Part shown: positions 27,689 through 40,317 of the stretch, piece by piece
Layout of the letters: each line of letters opens with the position of its first letter
Numbering within the stretch: the stretch's first letter is position 1
Assembly (NCBI GenBank): GCA_963797915.1
Contig: CAWCRG010000010.1
Location: 218,672 to 282,671, forward strand
From: Candidatus Sericytochromatia bacterium
GTDB taxonomy: Bacteria > Cyanobacteriota > Sericytochromatia > UBA7694
Direction of reading: 5' to 3'
DNA length: 64,000 nucleotides
Made by a program: the position numbers and the translations under genes
Notes under the pieces: generated by a model
The model's database searches: none
Seen by the model: only the letters and a program-made list of their open reading frames with translations
What the model was told of the DNA's origin: nothing

Positions 27689-28567
27689 ATGCCCAGCGTT
27701 AATCAGCCACAGCCCGTAAAAAATCCGGCCCGTCCTTCACCCATCTCTCCTGAGCGTCAGCAAGTCAAGTCCGGTGCGTCTATCGAGAATCAAAAAAATC
27801 CGTTAACAAAACCCGAGGATCTTTTTAAAGACAAGTATCGTGTGCATACGCCAAAGCAAGCGCAAAGTCCAGACAAAATAGATTTTGTCCAGGAGGCTGC
27901 GTCTCCATTGCCAAGCAAAATCTTTAATACCGATAACAAACAAAAAAATCAAACCCTCAATCTTAAAGCGGGAGAGCGTTTTGCTATCGAAGTACAGTCC
28001 AATGTTTCTACAGGCTACCAGTGGGATCTGGACCCTTCAGGACTTCAACCCGTAGATGTTGTGTCTGTTTCCAATCATAAAGGAGAGGGTCCAGCGCCGC
28101 CAGGCTCAGGCCACACCAGCTACTATATTTTTCAAGCGCCCGAAAATGGGGACGCAAAAATCGCCCTCGACCACGGAAGAAGTTGGGACAAGTCGACCAC
28201 ACAACATTACACTTTTGAAGTCAAGACAACATCTGTTAAAGATGTATTGCCCAAAACAATTCTAAGCACCGATTCAAAACAACCCGAGCAAAATATTCAT
28301 CTAAAACCCGGAGATAAATTTGCGATTGCAGTTAATGATAATGCATCTACGGGTTACTCCTGGGATATTTCAGAAACAGGACTACAACCAGACACTAAGC
28401 ATTATGAGCCAAGCCACAAAGGCTCAGGTCCTGCTCCTGCCGGTTCTGGTGGCACAACATACTATATTTTCACCGTCCCCGAAAGCGGGAAAATTGAAAT
28501 GACGCATGGGCAATCATGGAGTGAAAAGTCAAAAGAAACGTTTACTTTTAATATCAATCCGCAATAA
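27689..28567 (+). CDS. secreted tandem chagasin-family (MEROPS I42) cysteine-peptidase inhibitor, two domains
   Basis: 292-aa ORF with two ~90-aa repeats. Each carries 'STGY(Q/S)WD' (compare the chagasin NPTTG(Y/F).W motif) and 'G.GPAP.GSGG..YYIF', as in the chagasin GxGG loop. Confidence 0.7.
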   Translation: MPSVNQPQPVKNPARPSPISPERQQVKSGASIENQKNPLTKPEDLFKDKYRVHTPKQAQSPDKIDFVQEAASPLPSKIFNTDNKQKNQTLNLKAGERFAIEVQSNVSTGYQWDLDPSGLQPVDVVSVSNHKGEGPAPPGSGHTSYYIFQAPENGDAKIALDHGRSWDKSTTQHYTFEVKTTSVKDVLPKTILSTDSKQPEQNIHLKPGDKFAIAVNDNASTGYSWDISETGLQPDTKHYEPSHKGSGPAPAGSGGTTYYIFTVPESGKIEMTHGQSWSEKSKETFTFNINPQ

Positions 28568-28580
28568 GCAGGCGATGTGA

Positions 28581-28630
28581 AAAGCCGATTGTACCTTTCT
28601 TTTACAGGAAGAGTACAATCGGCTTTTTTG
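28581..28630 (+). terminator. rho-independent terminator of I42 inhibitor gene
   Basis: AAAAGCCGATTGTAC ... GTACAATCGGCTTTTTTG: a perfect 15-bp stem followed by a T-run. Confidence 0.75.
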
Positions 28631-28663
28631 TCGTCTTATTTCTTGTTATTTTATTACGACATT

Positions 28664-28716
28664 TCCCAAAAACGCAAAAAGCGCCTGAAGTAGGTTGTAC
28701 TTCAGACGCGCTTTGT
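28664..28716 (-). terminator. rho-independent terminator downstream of 5S rRNA (end of rRNA operon)
   Basis: Minus-strand hairpin GCGCGTCTGAAGTA...TACTTCAGGCGC followed by TTTTTGCGTTTTTGGG. Confidence 0.6.
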
Positions 28717-28723
28717 TCAAGGT

Positions 28724-28846
28724 ATGCCCTGGCAGCGGGCTATCTTCCCGGGCAGTCACCCACCGAGTATTGTCGCTGCTAACGCGTTTCACTTCTGTGT
28801 TCGAAATGGGAACAGGTGGGACCGCGTTGCCTTGTCACCAGGGCGT
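28724..28846 (-). rRNA. rrf: 5S ribosomal RNA
   Basis: The reverse complement aligns end to end with canonical 5S, for example '...GGTCCCACCTGTTCCCATTTCGAACACAGAAGTGAAACGCGTTAGC...GCTGCCAGGGCAT'. Confidence 0.85.
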
Positions 28847-28981
28847 ACCCTGACAACTGCATAGTTCACAAATATTTCTCTACTAAACACCAATGTTGTC
28901 AACTCCGAATCTTGCGTTCGGAGTAAGTCTCTTCTAATCATCGCCAATCGCTTACGCTCAGGCTCTGATAGAATTTTCTTA

Positions 28982-31968
<2,987 letters not shown>

Positions 31969-32044
31969 TTGACAATGAGCTATCATGTGTCTATCTGATC
32001 TCAGAAACCGAAGTCTCTTTAACCATTTATTTTTATGAATAACT

Positions 32045-32090
32045 AAACATTGGTGTTCAATATTTAATTTATTTGTGTCTATGCAGTTGT
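32045..32090 (-). promoter_or_regulatory. candidate rRNA promoter (TTGACA -35 with AT-rich UP-like region) upstream of 23S
   Basis: The minus strand reads TTGACAACTGCATAGACACAAATAAATTAAATATTG in a 280-bp AT-rich leader between the kinase stop and the 23S 5' end. A stem-loop CCCGCTTGAAGCGGG at about 32103-32120 might be a processing or antitermination element. Confidence 0.3.
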
Positions 32091-32255
32091 CAAGGTACGC
32101 TTTCCCGCTTCAAGCGGGTCAATCATTAAACCAAATTAATGACTGCTTTGTCAAGCGGTTACTAAATTGCGAACTACATGTCCGCTCGACATATACTAGG
32201 TTAATACAAGGTTAATAAAACGTCAAGGGCTAAATTAGAAAAACATAAAAGATTT

Positions 32256-34949
32256 TTAATCAGCGGAGGGGTCGATAAAGGTTATTTCGTCTTTGAGTTG
32301 GTCCATAACCCAGGCTAAATAAGCATCAAAACGGCTCACCCAATAGTGAAGGTCCTTGATATCATCAACAGCCTCCAAAGCCAGACCTATTTCTGAAAAA
32401 TAGGGAAACCCGTAAGTTTCACTGGCACCTTGTAAGCGGTGCCCTATTTTTTTGATCGTTGTTCGATCTGCTTGAAGTAGCGCTTCTTTAAGCACCTGGG
32501 ATTCTTCCTGACGCACTAAAAAGAAAACAGGCAAGAGCTCAAAGAGCTCTTCAATACGTACAAAAGCAGGCATATCCGCTAATAAGCGATCCGCAGGACC
32601 TGCAGACCCGGGCTCATCCGTAAAATGAGACGCTTGCTCCGCATCTATATGGTCGCCCGAAAGAAAACGGTCGATGGTTGTGAGAAGCTTATCTCGCGAG
32701 ACGGGTTTCGTTAAAAAATAATTCGCTCCAGCCATCAGGGCCTTCTCACGGGTTTGTACCAGAGCATCCGCACTTAGCACAATGATTTTCACATCGGCAT
32801 CATCCTCACGTATTTTTCGTGTTGCTGTCAATCCGTCCATCACCGGCATTTGAATATCCATCAAAATAAGATCGGGCATAGAAGTCTGGCAAAAATCTAA
32901 AGCTTCCTGACCATTATGAGCAAAATGGAGCTCTAAAGGCTGCTTTCTGAGATACGCTTGAATCAGCAAGCGGTTCTCAAGAGAGTCTTCTACGATCAGT
33001 AAGTGGGTCTGGCGCAAACCATATTTTCGCTTAAAATCTTCTGACGTATCCAAAGGAACGACCTCACTTGCACTCTGTATTTCTACATCAGTTGGCGTAT
33101 GTAAACACACATGAAAATAAAAACAGGCGCCCCCACTCTCTGCGGAACGCACGCCAATCTGCCCATCAAAAAGCGCCACCAGTTGTCGGGCGATGCTCAA
33201 GCCCAAACCACTTCCGCCAAATTGTCGAGTGGTCGAAGAGTCTGCCTGTGCAAAGCTTTCAAAAACACCGGCCTGTTTATCCAGGGGTACACCAATGCCT
33301 GTATCCTCGACGGTAAAGTGCAGCACACTCACGGTTTCTGACCGTTTACTCCCGCTGACACCAATCAAAACCTGACCTGCAGAGGTAAACTTAAGGGCAT
33401 TATCCACCAAAATAAAAAGAATTTGACTCAGGCGTAACTCATCGCCCTTAAACCACTCTGGCATGCCCGGTTCCACGCAAGCTTCTAAAAGAACGCCTTT
33501 TTCCCTGGCTCTCAGCATAAAAACAGCCAGGGTTTTATCTACAATACTCGCCAGTCGAAAAGGCACTGCATCCAGGATCACTTGCCCTGCCTCTATGCGA
33601 GAAAAATCCAGAAGATTAGTAATCAGCCCCATTAAGCGTTCACCCGCTTGCTCAGAGGTCGTTACATACTCTTGTTGTTCTGGGTTGAGCTGCGTATCTT
33701 GCAATACGTCAAGCATGCCAAGTATCGCATTCAACGGGGTGCGAATTTCGTGACTCATAATCGCCAAAAATTCTGACTTAGCATCTGAAGAAGAGAGCGC
33801 AACATCTCGAGCTTTTAAGGCTTCATCCTGGGCTCTTATCCGCTCTGTAACGTCGGTGGCATAAAAATTGACGGATTGATACTCTACCAATGGCACAATA
33901 ATCACCTGGAAAGTTCGCTTACCAAACATGATTTTTTCCATTATGCTTTTTTGACTCGACAAGCTGTTTTCTACCAGGTCCACCATAAACTCGGGAAGAT
34001 AGTCTCCCACTTCTCGGTGCCAGTAATGTAAAAGGTATTCCGCAGGCGTATTACAGTACAGGACTTTTCCCTGGTGATCCATACGCATAACAGGGTTGGG
34101 ATCTTCTTGAGGAATCCGCGATAAAATTTCTTTTTCTTTTCGAGAGAGCATTTGCTCAGTAACATCTTTCACTGACCACAAGCGCCCAACCATTTGCCCC
34201 TGAGAGCGTAGCGGAATATAGTCCCAGATCAAAAAACGACCATCCGTAAGCGGGCTCAGGCCAGCCACTGAAACTTCTTCCTGATCGTTAGTCGTGACAA
34301 AAGCCTTAGAAAAACACTGCGGGGATTGAAAGTATTTTTCAATATCTTTAAAAAAAACATGAAAAGGCTGCCGGGCATAAGCTTGTATGTCAGCAAGATC
34401 AAAAACCGCCGCCAATTTTTGGTTCATAAAAACCATTTCATGGCGTTCGTTTTCTACAAACAATCCCAGGGGGAGAGCCTCTAACAACGCATTTAAACGA
34501 TGACTCATCGCAGTCGGCATATCTAAACCAGCCGAAACCAGAGAGACCGTCTGCCGGGGTTCAAGATGATACTTGAGCATCGCGCATAGGTGTTTACCCA
34601 CCTGAGTCACGGTCTCTAAGCGGGAGGGCTCCCAGGGGGATTTACTTTCAATGGTTAAACGATAATTGAACTCTCCCTGGGTAAGCGTTGGCTCAAAATA
34701 AAAGTCCTGGCAAAACAGAGGCTCCGATTTTTCGGGGTCTTCTACCTGAATCACAAGCTGCCAACCCTCGGGACTTGTGCGCCACAGAGAGACTTGAGAA
34801 AAACTCATACGCTGTTGAAAATGCCCCATAAAACCCGAGAGCGTGGCTTCAGGTTGAACCAGACCCAAAAGGTGGAGTGTAAGATCCTGCAAGTGCTCGT
34901 CTTCAGACATATATGCATTTTTCATGGTGTTAAGTGTACCAATAGGCAA
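32256..34949 (-). CDS. hybrid sensor histidine kinase / response regulator with PAS domains, HisKA, HATPase_c, REC and C-terminal HPt
   Basis: 897-aa ORF. 'MSHEIRTPLNAILGML' is the H-box, followed by G-box regions, 'LLIVEDSLENRLLI...DLILMDIQMPVMDGL' (REC) and a C-terminal 'KKIGHRLQGASETYGF' (HPt). Confidence 0.85.
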   Translation of the reverse strand: MPIGTLNTMKNAYMSEDEHLQDLTLHLLGLVQPEATLSGFMGHFQQRMSFSQVSLWRTSPEGWQLVIQVEDPEKSEPLFCQDFYFEPTLTQGEFNYRLTIESKSPWEPSRLETVTQVGKHLCAMLKYHLEPRQTVSLVSAGLDMPTAMSHRLNALLEALPLGLFVENERHEMVFMNQKLAAVFDLADIQAYARQPFHVFFKDIEKYFQSPQCFSKAFVTTNDQEEVSVAGLSPLTDGRFLIWDYIPLRSQGQMVGRLWSVKDVTEQMLSRKEKEILSRIPQEDPNPVMRMDHQGKVLYCNTPAEYLLHYWHREVGDYLPEFMVDLVENSLSSQKSIMEKIMFGKRTFQVIIVPLVEYQSVNFYATDVTERIRAQDEALKARDVALSSSDAKSEFLAIMSHEIRTPLNAILGMLDVLQDTQLNPEQQEYVTTSEQAGERLMGLITNLLDFSRIEAGQVILDAVPFRLASIVDKTLAVFMLRAREKGVLLEACVEPGMPEWFKGDELRLSQILFILVDNALKFTSAGQVLIGVSGSKRSETVSVLHFTVEDTGIGVPLDKQAGVFESFAQADSSTTRQFGGSGLGLSIARQLVALFDGQIGVRSAESGGACFYFHVCLHTPTDVEIQSASEVVPLDTSEDFKRKYGLRQTHLLIVEDSLENRLLIQAYLRKQPLELHFAHNGQEALDFCQTSMPDLILMDIQMPVMDGLTATRKIREDDADVKIIVLSADALVQTREKALMAGANYFLTKPVSRDKLLTTIDRFLSGDHIDAEQASHFTDEPGSAGPADRLLADMPAFVRIEELFELLPVFFLVRQEESQVLKEALLQADRTTIKKIGHRLQGASETYGFPYFSEIGLALEAVDDIKDLHYWVSRFDAYLAWVMDQLKDEITFIDPSAD

Positions 34950-35003
34950 GGTGAGAGTTCAAAAGGCTGGGCGCATAAGCTTGTTTTATTGCATACTGCA
35001 GCA

Positions 35004-35894
35004 ATGGAATCAGAATTATCAAACCCAATTTTTATTATACTGAAAGCCACCCTTGCCTGCGCCGTCGCGCTGATGGCCGACTATTGGCTAGGCAACCCCG
35101 ATCATGTTTCCTCTACTTTTGTCGCTGTTTTATGTATCTCTCCGACTGTACTGATTGGGCTTCGCAATGCCTGGGCACAAGTTCTGGGAAGCCTGGTCGG
35201 CGGTATTTGGGGGGTTAGTTGGCTTTTGTTAGCAGACGTCTGGGCGCTCCCCTTGTTGCCTGGACTCCCGCTTGCCGTGGGATTAGCCGTTGCCAGTACC
35301 TTTGTATTAAGAATTCAATCGGGTTATCCTGTGGCGGCCTTTACCGCTTTATTTATGGTAGCCGTTCCTCAAAACACGCCCCTATTGACCTTCGAAACAC
35401 GTTTTTTGGCCTTGTTTATAGCCGCGGTCAGTTCTTTTCTCATAAACGCACTCGTCTCATCTATGCTCTATCAGCGCATTTATGCAAGACGGGTGAAAAA
35501 AGTTGAGTTTTTTATTGAGAGCATTTTGATACCTGTTTTTCAGGGGGATCAAAAATTAGCCGATCAGGGATTCGCTTTGCTTAACGCTTTACAACAGCAA
35601 TTACGCAACACCCTTTTTGAGCTACAACTGCGTCATGCATGGACGATGCACAAAGACATCAACGCTTTTTTAACGCGCACACAAAAGCTCAGTTATTTAC
35701 TGCATTTAATTCTTGACTTGCGTTTTCTTTGCAAGGAAGAAAACACACCCGCAGAAAGTGTAGAGCCCTTTCTACACTGGATTTTAAACCCTGATGAAAT
35801 GTCTTTTGCCTTCTTACCAGACCATTTGCTTGGCCTGCAAAAACGAATTGTCTCCGTGCTCAAGGATCTAAAAGAAACTTCCCTTTCGAAGTAG
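35004..35894 (+). CDS. integral membrane protein, FUSC/ArAE (aromatic acid exporter)-like N-terminal domain
   Basis: Start taken at the ATG at 35004 ('MESELSNPIFIILKATLACAVALMADY'). It has 5-6 TM helices followed by a helical cytoplasmic tail. The family assignment is tentative. Confidence 0.45.
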   Translation: MESELSNPIFIILKATLACAVALMADYWLGNPDHVSSTFVAVLCISPTVLIGLRNAWAQVLGSLVGGIWGVSWLLLADVWALPLLPGLPLAVGLAVASTFVLRIQSGYPVAAFTALFMVAVPQNTPLLTFETRFLALFIAAVSSFLINALVSSMLYQRIYARRVKKVEFFIESILIPVFQGDQKLADQGFALLNALQQQLRNTLFELQLRHAWTMHKDINAFLTRTQKLSYLLHLILDLRFLCKEENTPAESVEPFLHWILNPDEMSFAFLPDHLLGLQKRIVSVLKDLKETSLSK

Positions 35895-35928
35895 GTTATC
35901 TGTTATTCTTCACAAAAGAGTAATTAAA

Positions 35929-36840
35929 ATGGATGCTTTAACCATTAAAAACGCCTCCAAAACCTTTTATCAAGATGGCGAGCCCTTTCAGGCCGTAAAA
36001 CAAGTTTCACTAACCATCGAGGCCGGTCAAATCTATGGGCTTTTGGGCCCAAACGGTGCGGGAAAATCCACCCTCATTGGCATGATCTGCGGAGCGGTCA
36101 AGCCCGACAAGAGTACCGAACAGATTTCTATTTTTGGTCACAATGTGATGAAAGAAAAAGAAGCGGCCAAACGGGTATTGGGGGTTGTTCCGCAAGAAAT
36201 CACCATTGAACCCGCTTTTACGGTAGAAGAGGTCTTGTACTATTTCTCGGGAATGTATGGTGTCCCCGTTAACCAGAGAAAAAAACGCATTGAAGACGCC
36301 CTTGAGTCCTTAGGGCTTGCCGACAAAATGAAGTCCCGTGCCCGACAATTATCAGGCGGAATGAAGCGACGGTTGATGATCGCCAAAGCGATTCTGCATC
36401 GACCCAAACTGCTCATTTTAGACGAGCCCACCGCAGGTGTCGATGTGGCCCTGCGGCAAAAGATTTGGGAGCTGGTGGAAGCGTTAAACACCCAGGGAAC
36501 CACGGTTATTTTCACCACCCATTATCTTGAAGAGGCAGAACAGCTTTGTGACTCCATGACCGTTATTCACAAAGGCAATATTATCAAAGAAGGTAAGGTT
36601 AAAGACATTCAGCAGGAGTTTTCCAAGAATCTGATTTCTTTTGAGCTGTTTGATCGCAATGTCGATCATCTCCCGCAGGTGCGTCAGGTAGGTACCGAGT
36701 TTGAACTGGCCTATAAAGAACTGAGCCCTTCAATGCAATCCTTACTGACCCACTACGGCAGCAATATTAAATCCATTCAAAACGAAAGCGCTTCTCTTGA
36801 AAAAGTCTTTCTCGAACTCACCTCGGAGGCAGAATCATGA
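35929..36840 (+). CDS. ABC transporter ATP-binding protein (ABC-2 type)
   Basis: Walker A 'GPNGAGKST', signature 'LSGGMKRRL' and Walker B 'LLILDEPTAGVD'. Confidence 0.85.
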   Translation: MDALTIKNASKTFYQDGEPFQAVKQVSLTIEAGQIYGLLGPNGAGKSTLIGMICGAVKPDKSTEQISIFGHNVMKEKEAAKRVLGVVPQEITIEPAFTVEEVLYYFSGMYGVPVNQRKKRIEDALESLGLADKMKSRARQLSGGMKRRLMIAKAILHRPKLLILDEPTAGVDVALRQKIWELVEALNTQGTTVIFTTHYLEEAEQLCDSMTVIHKGNIIKEGKVKDIQQEFSKNLISFELFDRNVDHLPQVRQVGTEFELAYKELSPSMQSLLTHYGSNIKSIQNESASLEKVFLELTSEAES

Positions 36841-37592
36841 ATCATATGTGGGCCCTTTATGCCAGAGAAGTTAAGCGCTTTCAGAAGCTCTTACTAGACA
36901 CTATCTTTAGTCCGATTGTCTCTATGGTGCTGTATTTGGCGGTCTTTGGAGTGGTTATGAACAGCAAAACCATTGGTGATGTGAATTTTGTGACCTTTAT
37001 TTATACGGGTTTATTGGGAATGATTATGGTCAATAGCGGGTTTTCTAATCCAGGCTTTGCCCTGATTATTGCCAAAAATCTGGGCACCATTGTGGACCTA
37101 CAGATTGCTCCTATTAAAGCCTGGCAAATTGGCATCGCCTTTGCGCTCGCGGCACTAACCCGGGGAGTAGTAACTTTATTCGTTGCGCTGGCCATGACCC
37201 TCTGGTTTATTCCCGATATGCAAGTCGCTCACCCGATCGCCTTAGTGATCATTGTTTTACTCACGGGTCTACAATACGGCATGCTTGGTGTTCTCTTTGG
37301 GATGTGGGCCAGAGGATTTGAGGCCCTCACCTTCGTCACCACTTTTGTCTTACAACCGATGATCTTTCTGGCGGGTGTTTTTTACCCCATCGCATCGCTA
37401 CCCAAACCCTGGAGTACACTCTCAATCTTTAATCCGGTTCACCACAATATCAACCTGTTTCGTTACGCGTTTATTGGGTACAGCGATAGCCCGGTTCTGC
37501 TTTCATGGACCACCGTAGTCGTCATGAGTATTTTGTTTTTTGCAGGCATGAACTGGATGTGCATTAAAAAACTCAACGAACCTGTACAATAG
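36837..37592 (+). CDS. ABC-2 family transporter permease
   Basis: 251-aa ORF with 6 TM helices. Its start overlaps the stop of the ATPase gene (ATGA). Confidence 0.75.
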   Translation: MNHMWALYAREVKRFQKLLLDTIFSPIVSMVLYLAVFGVVMNSKTIGDVNFVTFIYTGLLGMIMVNSGFSNPGFALIIAKNLGTIVDLQIAPIKAWQIGIAFALAALTRGVVTLFVALAMTLWFIPDMQVAHPIALVIIVLLTGLQYGMLGVLFGMWARGFEALTFVTTFVLQPMIFLAGVFYPIASLPKPWSTLSIFNPVHHNINLFRYAFIGYSDSPVLLSWTTVVVMSILFFAGMNWMCIKKLNEPVQ

Positions 37593-37711
37593 GGATGTTT
37601 TTCAGCTTAAACAAAAATTTACCCTTAGATAATTCAAGATTAACCGTAACAATCCATTAATATCCTATAATAAAGTTAATTCGCAAAAGCGTAGGAGTAA
37701 CCAAAAACATT

Positions 37712-38290
37712 ATGAGTAATTTAAGCGTCAATCGTCCTGTAAGCACACCCGTAGCCCCCGCAACACAACAAGCCCAGTCCAAGCCCGCTGCACAGGGTGG
37801 ATTAAAAGCCCCTCAGAAAGCCTCCAGTCTCGCCCAGGACATGACCACCTGGAGCACGACAGCAAAATCAGACCGTGTTAAAGTCGCTATCACCGAAACC
37901 TTCAAAAGTACCGTTATTCCCTCAGTAATTGGCGGAGCCCTTGCTCCAGCAGTCACAGGTGCTGCCCTTGGTGGGTTTGTAGGCATTTTCAACGGACAAG
38001 TGGCTGGCATGGCCAAAGAAGGCTTTATGGCCGGCTTAAAATATGCACCCCACGGAGCTGCAGCAGGTCTCGCCATTGCGGGAGTTGACGCTGCCGTCGT
38101 TGGAACTGTTGTTGGTACTTCTCCCGACAAAGCGTCTGCCATGACTCGCCTGGGAACTGCGACGGCCGTTCTGGGCTTACTCAGTGCAGAAAACGCAATG
38201 GACGTTATTGATACCGGCATAAACACCGCTGCAAATTCAGTACGCGCTGGCAGAGTCTTTGACAAAACCAACGCTGCTTTACAAAAATAA
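37712..38290 (+). CDS. hypothetical Ala/Gly-rich protein (glycine-zipper-like hydrophobic segments)
   Basis: 192-aa ORF with 'GGALAPAVTGAALGGFVGIFNG...AAAGLAIAGVDAAVVGTVVGT'. A TATAAT box lies at about 37663. Confidence 0.45.
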   Translation: MSNLSVNRPVSTPVAPATQQAQSKPAAQGGLKAPQKASSLAQDMTTWSTTAKSDRVKVAITETFKSTVIPSVIGGALAPAVTGAALGGFVGIFNGQVAGMAKEGFMAGLKYAPHGAAAGLAIAGVDAAVVGTVVGTSPDKASAMTRLGTATAVLGLLSAENAMDVIDTGINTAANSVRAGRVFDKTNAALQK

Positions 38291-38317
38291 CCCCTAAATA
38301 TACACCCTGGTGAATCA

Positions 38318-38360
38318 AGAGCGCTTCTCTTTCTGATTTAGAAAGAGAAGTGCTCTTTTG
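38318..38360 (+). terminator. rho-independent terminator
   Basis: AGAGCGCTTCTCTTTC / GAAAGAGAAGTGCTCT stem with loop TGATTTA, then TTTTG. Confidence 0.65.
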
Positions 38361-38498
38361 TATGAGGGCCTGGATAGTTATCTGCGAAGGACAGCAAGGG
38401 ATTGCTTTTTCGTTTTTACAGCAGGTATAATCCTAGCCTTAGTGTTCCCAGTAAGTATTAAACAAGGTGGTTATTCCGTGCTCAATTGGAAAACGGTT

Positions 38499-38921
38499 AT
38501 GAATTTTGCGGCAAAAGGCAATCCTGAACCGAATCGAAAAGTAGAAAAAACTGAAGCCACATGGAAAGAGCTGCTGAGTCCAGAAGCCTTTCGCGTTGCC
38601 CGGCAGAAAGGCACTGAAAGCCCCTTTAGTTCTGAGATGTGTAACCTTTTTCAACCCGGTCTATACGCTTGTGTTTGCTGTGACACACTGCTCTTTGACT
38701 CCGGTGAAAAATTCGATTCAGGCACCGGCTGGCCCTCTTTTACACAGCCGGTAGAAGAGAACGCTGTTGCGTATCATGAAGACATAAGTCATGGCATGAG
38801 CCGTATTGAGGCCTTATGTAATACCTGTGACGCCCATTTGGGACATGTATTTCCTGATGGACCTGAGCCCGGTGGGCTGCGCTACTGCATTAATGCGGTC
38901 GCGTTAAAAAAGCAGGATTAG
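38499..38921 (+). CDS. msrB: peptide-methionine (R)-S-oxide reductase MsrB
   Basis: Start chosen at the Met of 'MNFAAKG'. 'CDAHLGHVFPDGPEPGGLRYCINAVAL' is the MsrB/SelR signature with the catalytic Cys. Confidence 0.8.
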   Translation: MNFAAKGNPEPNRKVEKTEATWKELLSPEAFRVARQKGTESPFSSEMCNLFQPGLYACVCCDTLLFDSGEKFDSGTGWPSFTQPVEENAVAYHEDISHGMSRIEALCNTCDAHLGHVFPDGPEPGGLRYCINAVALKKQD

Positions 38922-40213
38922 GGAGAACTTAGATACAGCTGCGTTTCTGCTGTGGCGAAAACATGACGAATTTCTTCTTCTGAAATCGTCATGAAAGCAT
39001 CTACCACAATAGGATCGTACATAATATCACTGTATTTTTTAATCTCAGCACGGGCGATCTTATCAGAAAGCCCTTTGCGGTATGCGCGGTCACTCGTCAT
39101 GGCATCGTAGGTATCCGCCACTGCCAGAATTCGACTTCCAATAGGAATATGTTCACCTTTTAGCCGATCAGGGTATCCATTGCCATCAAAGCGCTCGTGA
39201 TGATGCCTAACCATGGGGGCATGATCAGATAAGCATTGTACTGTTTTAAGTAAGGCTGCAGACATGCCGGGGTGAGCCTTAATCTTCGCATACTCCATAT
39301 CTGTCAACGGACCGGGCTTGTCTAAAATGCAACGAGAGACTCCGACTTTACCCGCATCGTGCAAAAAACCAGCCCGCTCAATCTGCTTGGCCTCAACCGT
39401 GTCAAAATCCATCGCTTCGGCAATACGACGGGATAAAGCACCCACTCTTATGGAATGCCCTTTTGTATATTGGTGCTTGGTATCGATAACGTTAGCAAAG
39501 ACTTTGAGGGTGAGGTCAAAATAGTCGACTTTCACATCCATAAGCAGGGCCAAATCTACAGCATCTACACCCAGCTGTCCCCAGGCCACATGATTAAAGT
39601 TACGTGCCGTCCACAGTTCTGTTTCGGCGAGCATTTTGCTAAAGGCCTGTAATAGATGAGGAGAAAAGCGCTGTTTGAGCACCGGTGCAAGGCGACGACG
39701 CATTTCCTGCTTATCGTGATAAATACTGCTGGCAATGTCGAAAGTATCAAATAAACCAATAATTTGCGCTTCTAAAGGTATGGCGTCTTTTTTGAGGCGA
39801 TCAGGGTATCCGCTACCGTCCCACGATTCATGATGTAAGCGAATAAAATAACTGGATTTTTTTAGCGTCGGCAATTGAGAAACAATGCGCTCTCCCACAA
39901 TGGGGTGTTGTTGAATAAAGGGGTGGAACTGCCATTCAAAATAGTCGGTCTCTTCGTATGCGTCTTCTTTAGGAAAACCGACTTCGCCCACATCATGCAA
40001 GAGTCCGGCATAGAAGAGGTTACGTAAGGACTCTGTTTTAAGACCTATATAATGACCCAATTGGACGGCTCCAAGCGCAACATTATAGCCGTGCTGGGCA
40101 TCGTACCCCTCTGCAAGATCGGTCACCAGCGCAAGGGCTTTAATTATGTCTTTAAATTGACGGCGTTCTTCGCCCTGAATAAATTGAGAAATCATCGCAT
40201 TGGAGCGTTTCAT
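38918..40213 (-). CDS. tandem HD-GYP domain protein (c-di-GMP phosphodiesterase family); first HD domain degenerate
   Basis: 431-aa ORF. The second domain reads 'HDAGKVGV...HHERFDGNGYPDRLKGEHIP', a canonical HD-GYP. The first reads 'LLHDVGEVG...HHESWDGSGYPDRL'. Confidence 0.8.
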   Translation of the reverse strand: MKRSNAMISQFIQGEERRQFKDIIKALALVTDLAEGYDAQHGYNVALGAVQLGHYIGLKTESLRNLFYAGLLHDVGEVGFPKEDAYEETDYFEWQFHPFIQQHPIVGERIVSQLPTLKKSSYFIRLHHESWDGSGYPDRLKKDAIPLEAQIIGLFDTFDIASSIYHDKQEMRRRLAPVLKQRFSPHLLQAFSKMLAETELWTARNFNHVAWGQLGVDAVDLALLMDVKVDYFDLTLKVFANVIDTKHQYTKGHSIRVGALSRRIAEAMDFDTVEAKQIERAGFLHDAGKVGVSRCILDKPGPLTDMEYAKIKAHPGMSAALLKTVQCLSDHAPMVRHHHERFDGNGYPDRLKGEHIPIGSRILAVADTYDAMTSDRAYRKGLSDKIARAEIKKYSDIMYDPIVVDAFMTISEEEIRHVFATAETQLYLSSP

Positions 40214-40317
40214 GAGAGAGCAACCTTAGAGACTTAGGGTACATTTATCTTATCACGTTGAAAGAAAGGGACGATACACGAAAGGTTAAAATCACGTGCT
40301 CGGATCCACGCCAAAAT

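Noticed and set aside
32100-32125. Stem-loop CCCGCTTGAAGCGGG as terminator of the hybrid kinase gene
   Set aside because: No T-run follows on either strand. It is more likely part of the rRNA leader (processing or antitermination) than an intrinsic terminator. It is kept only as a note under the promoter feature.
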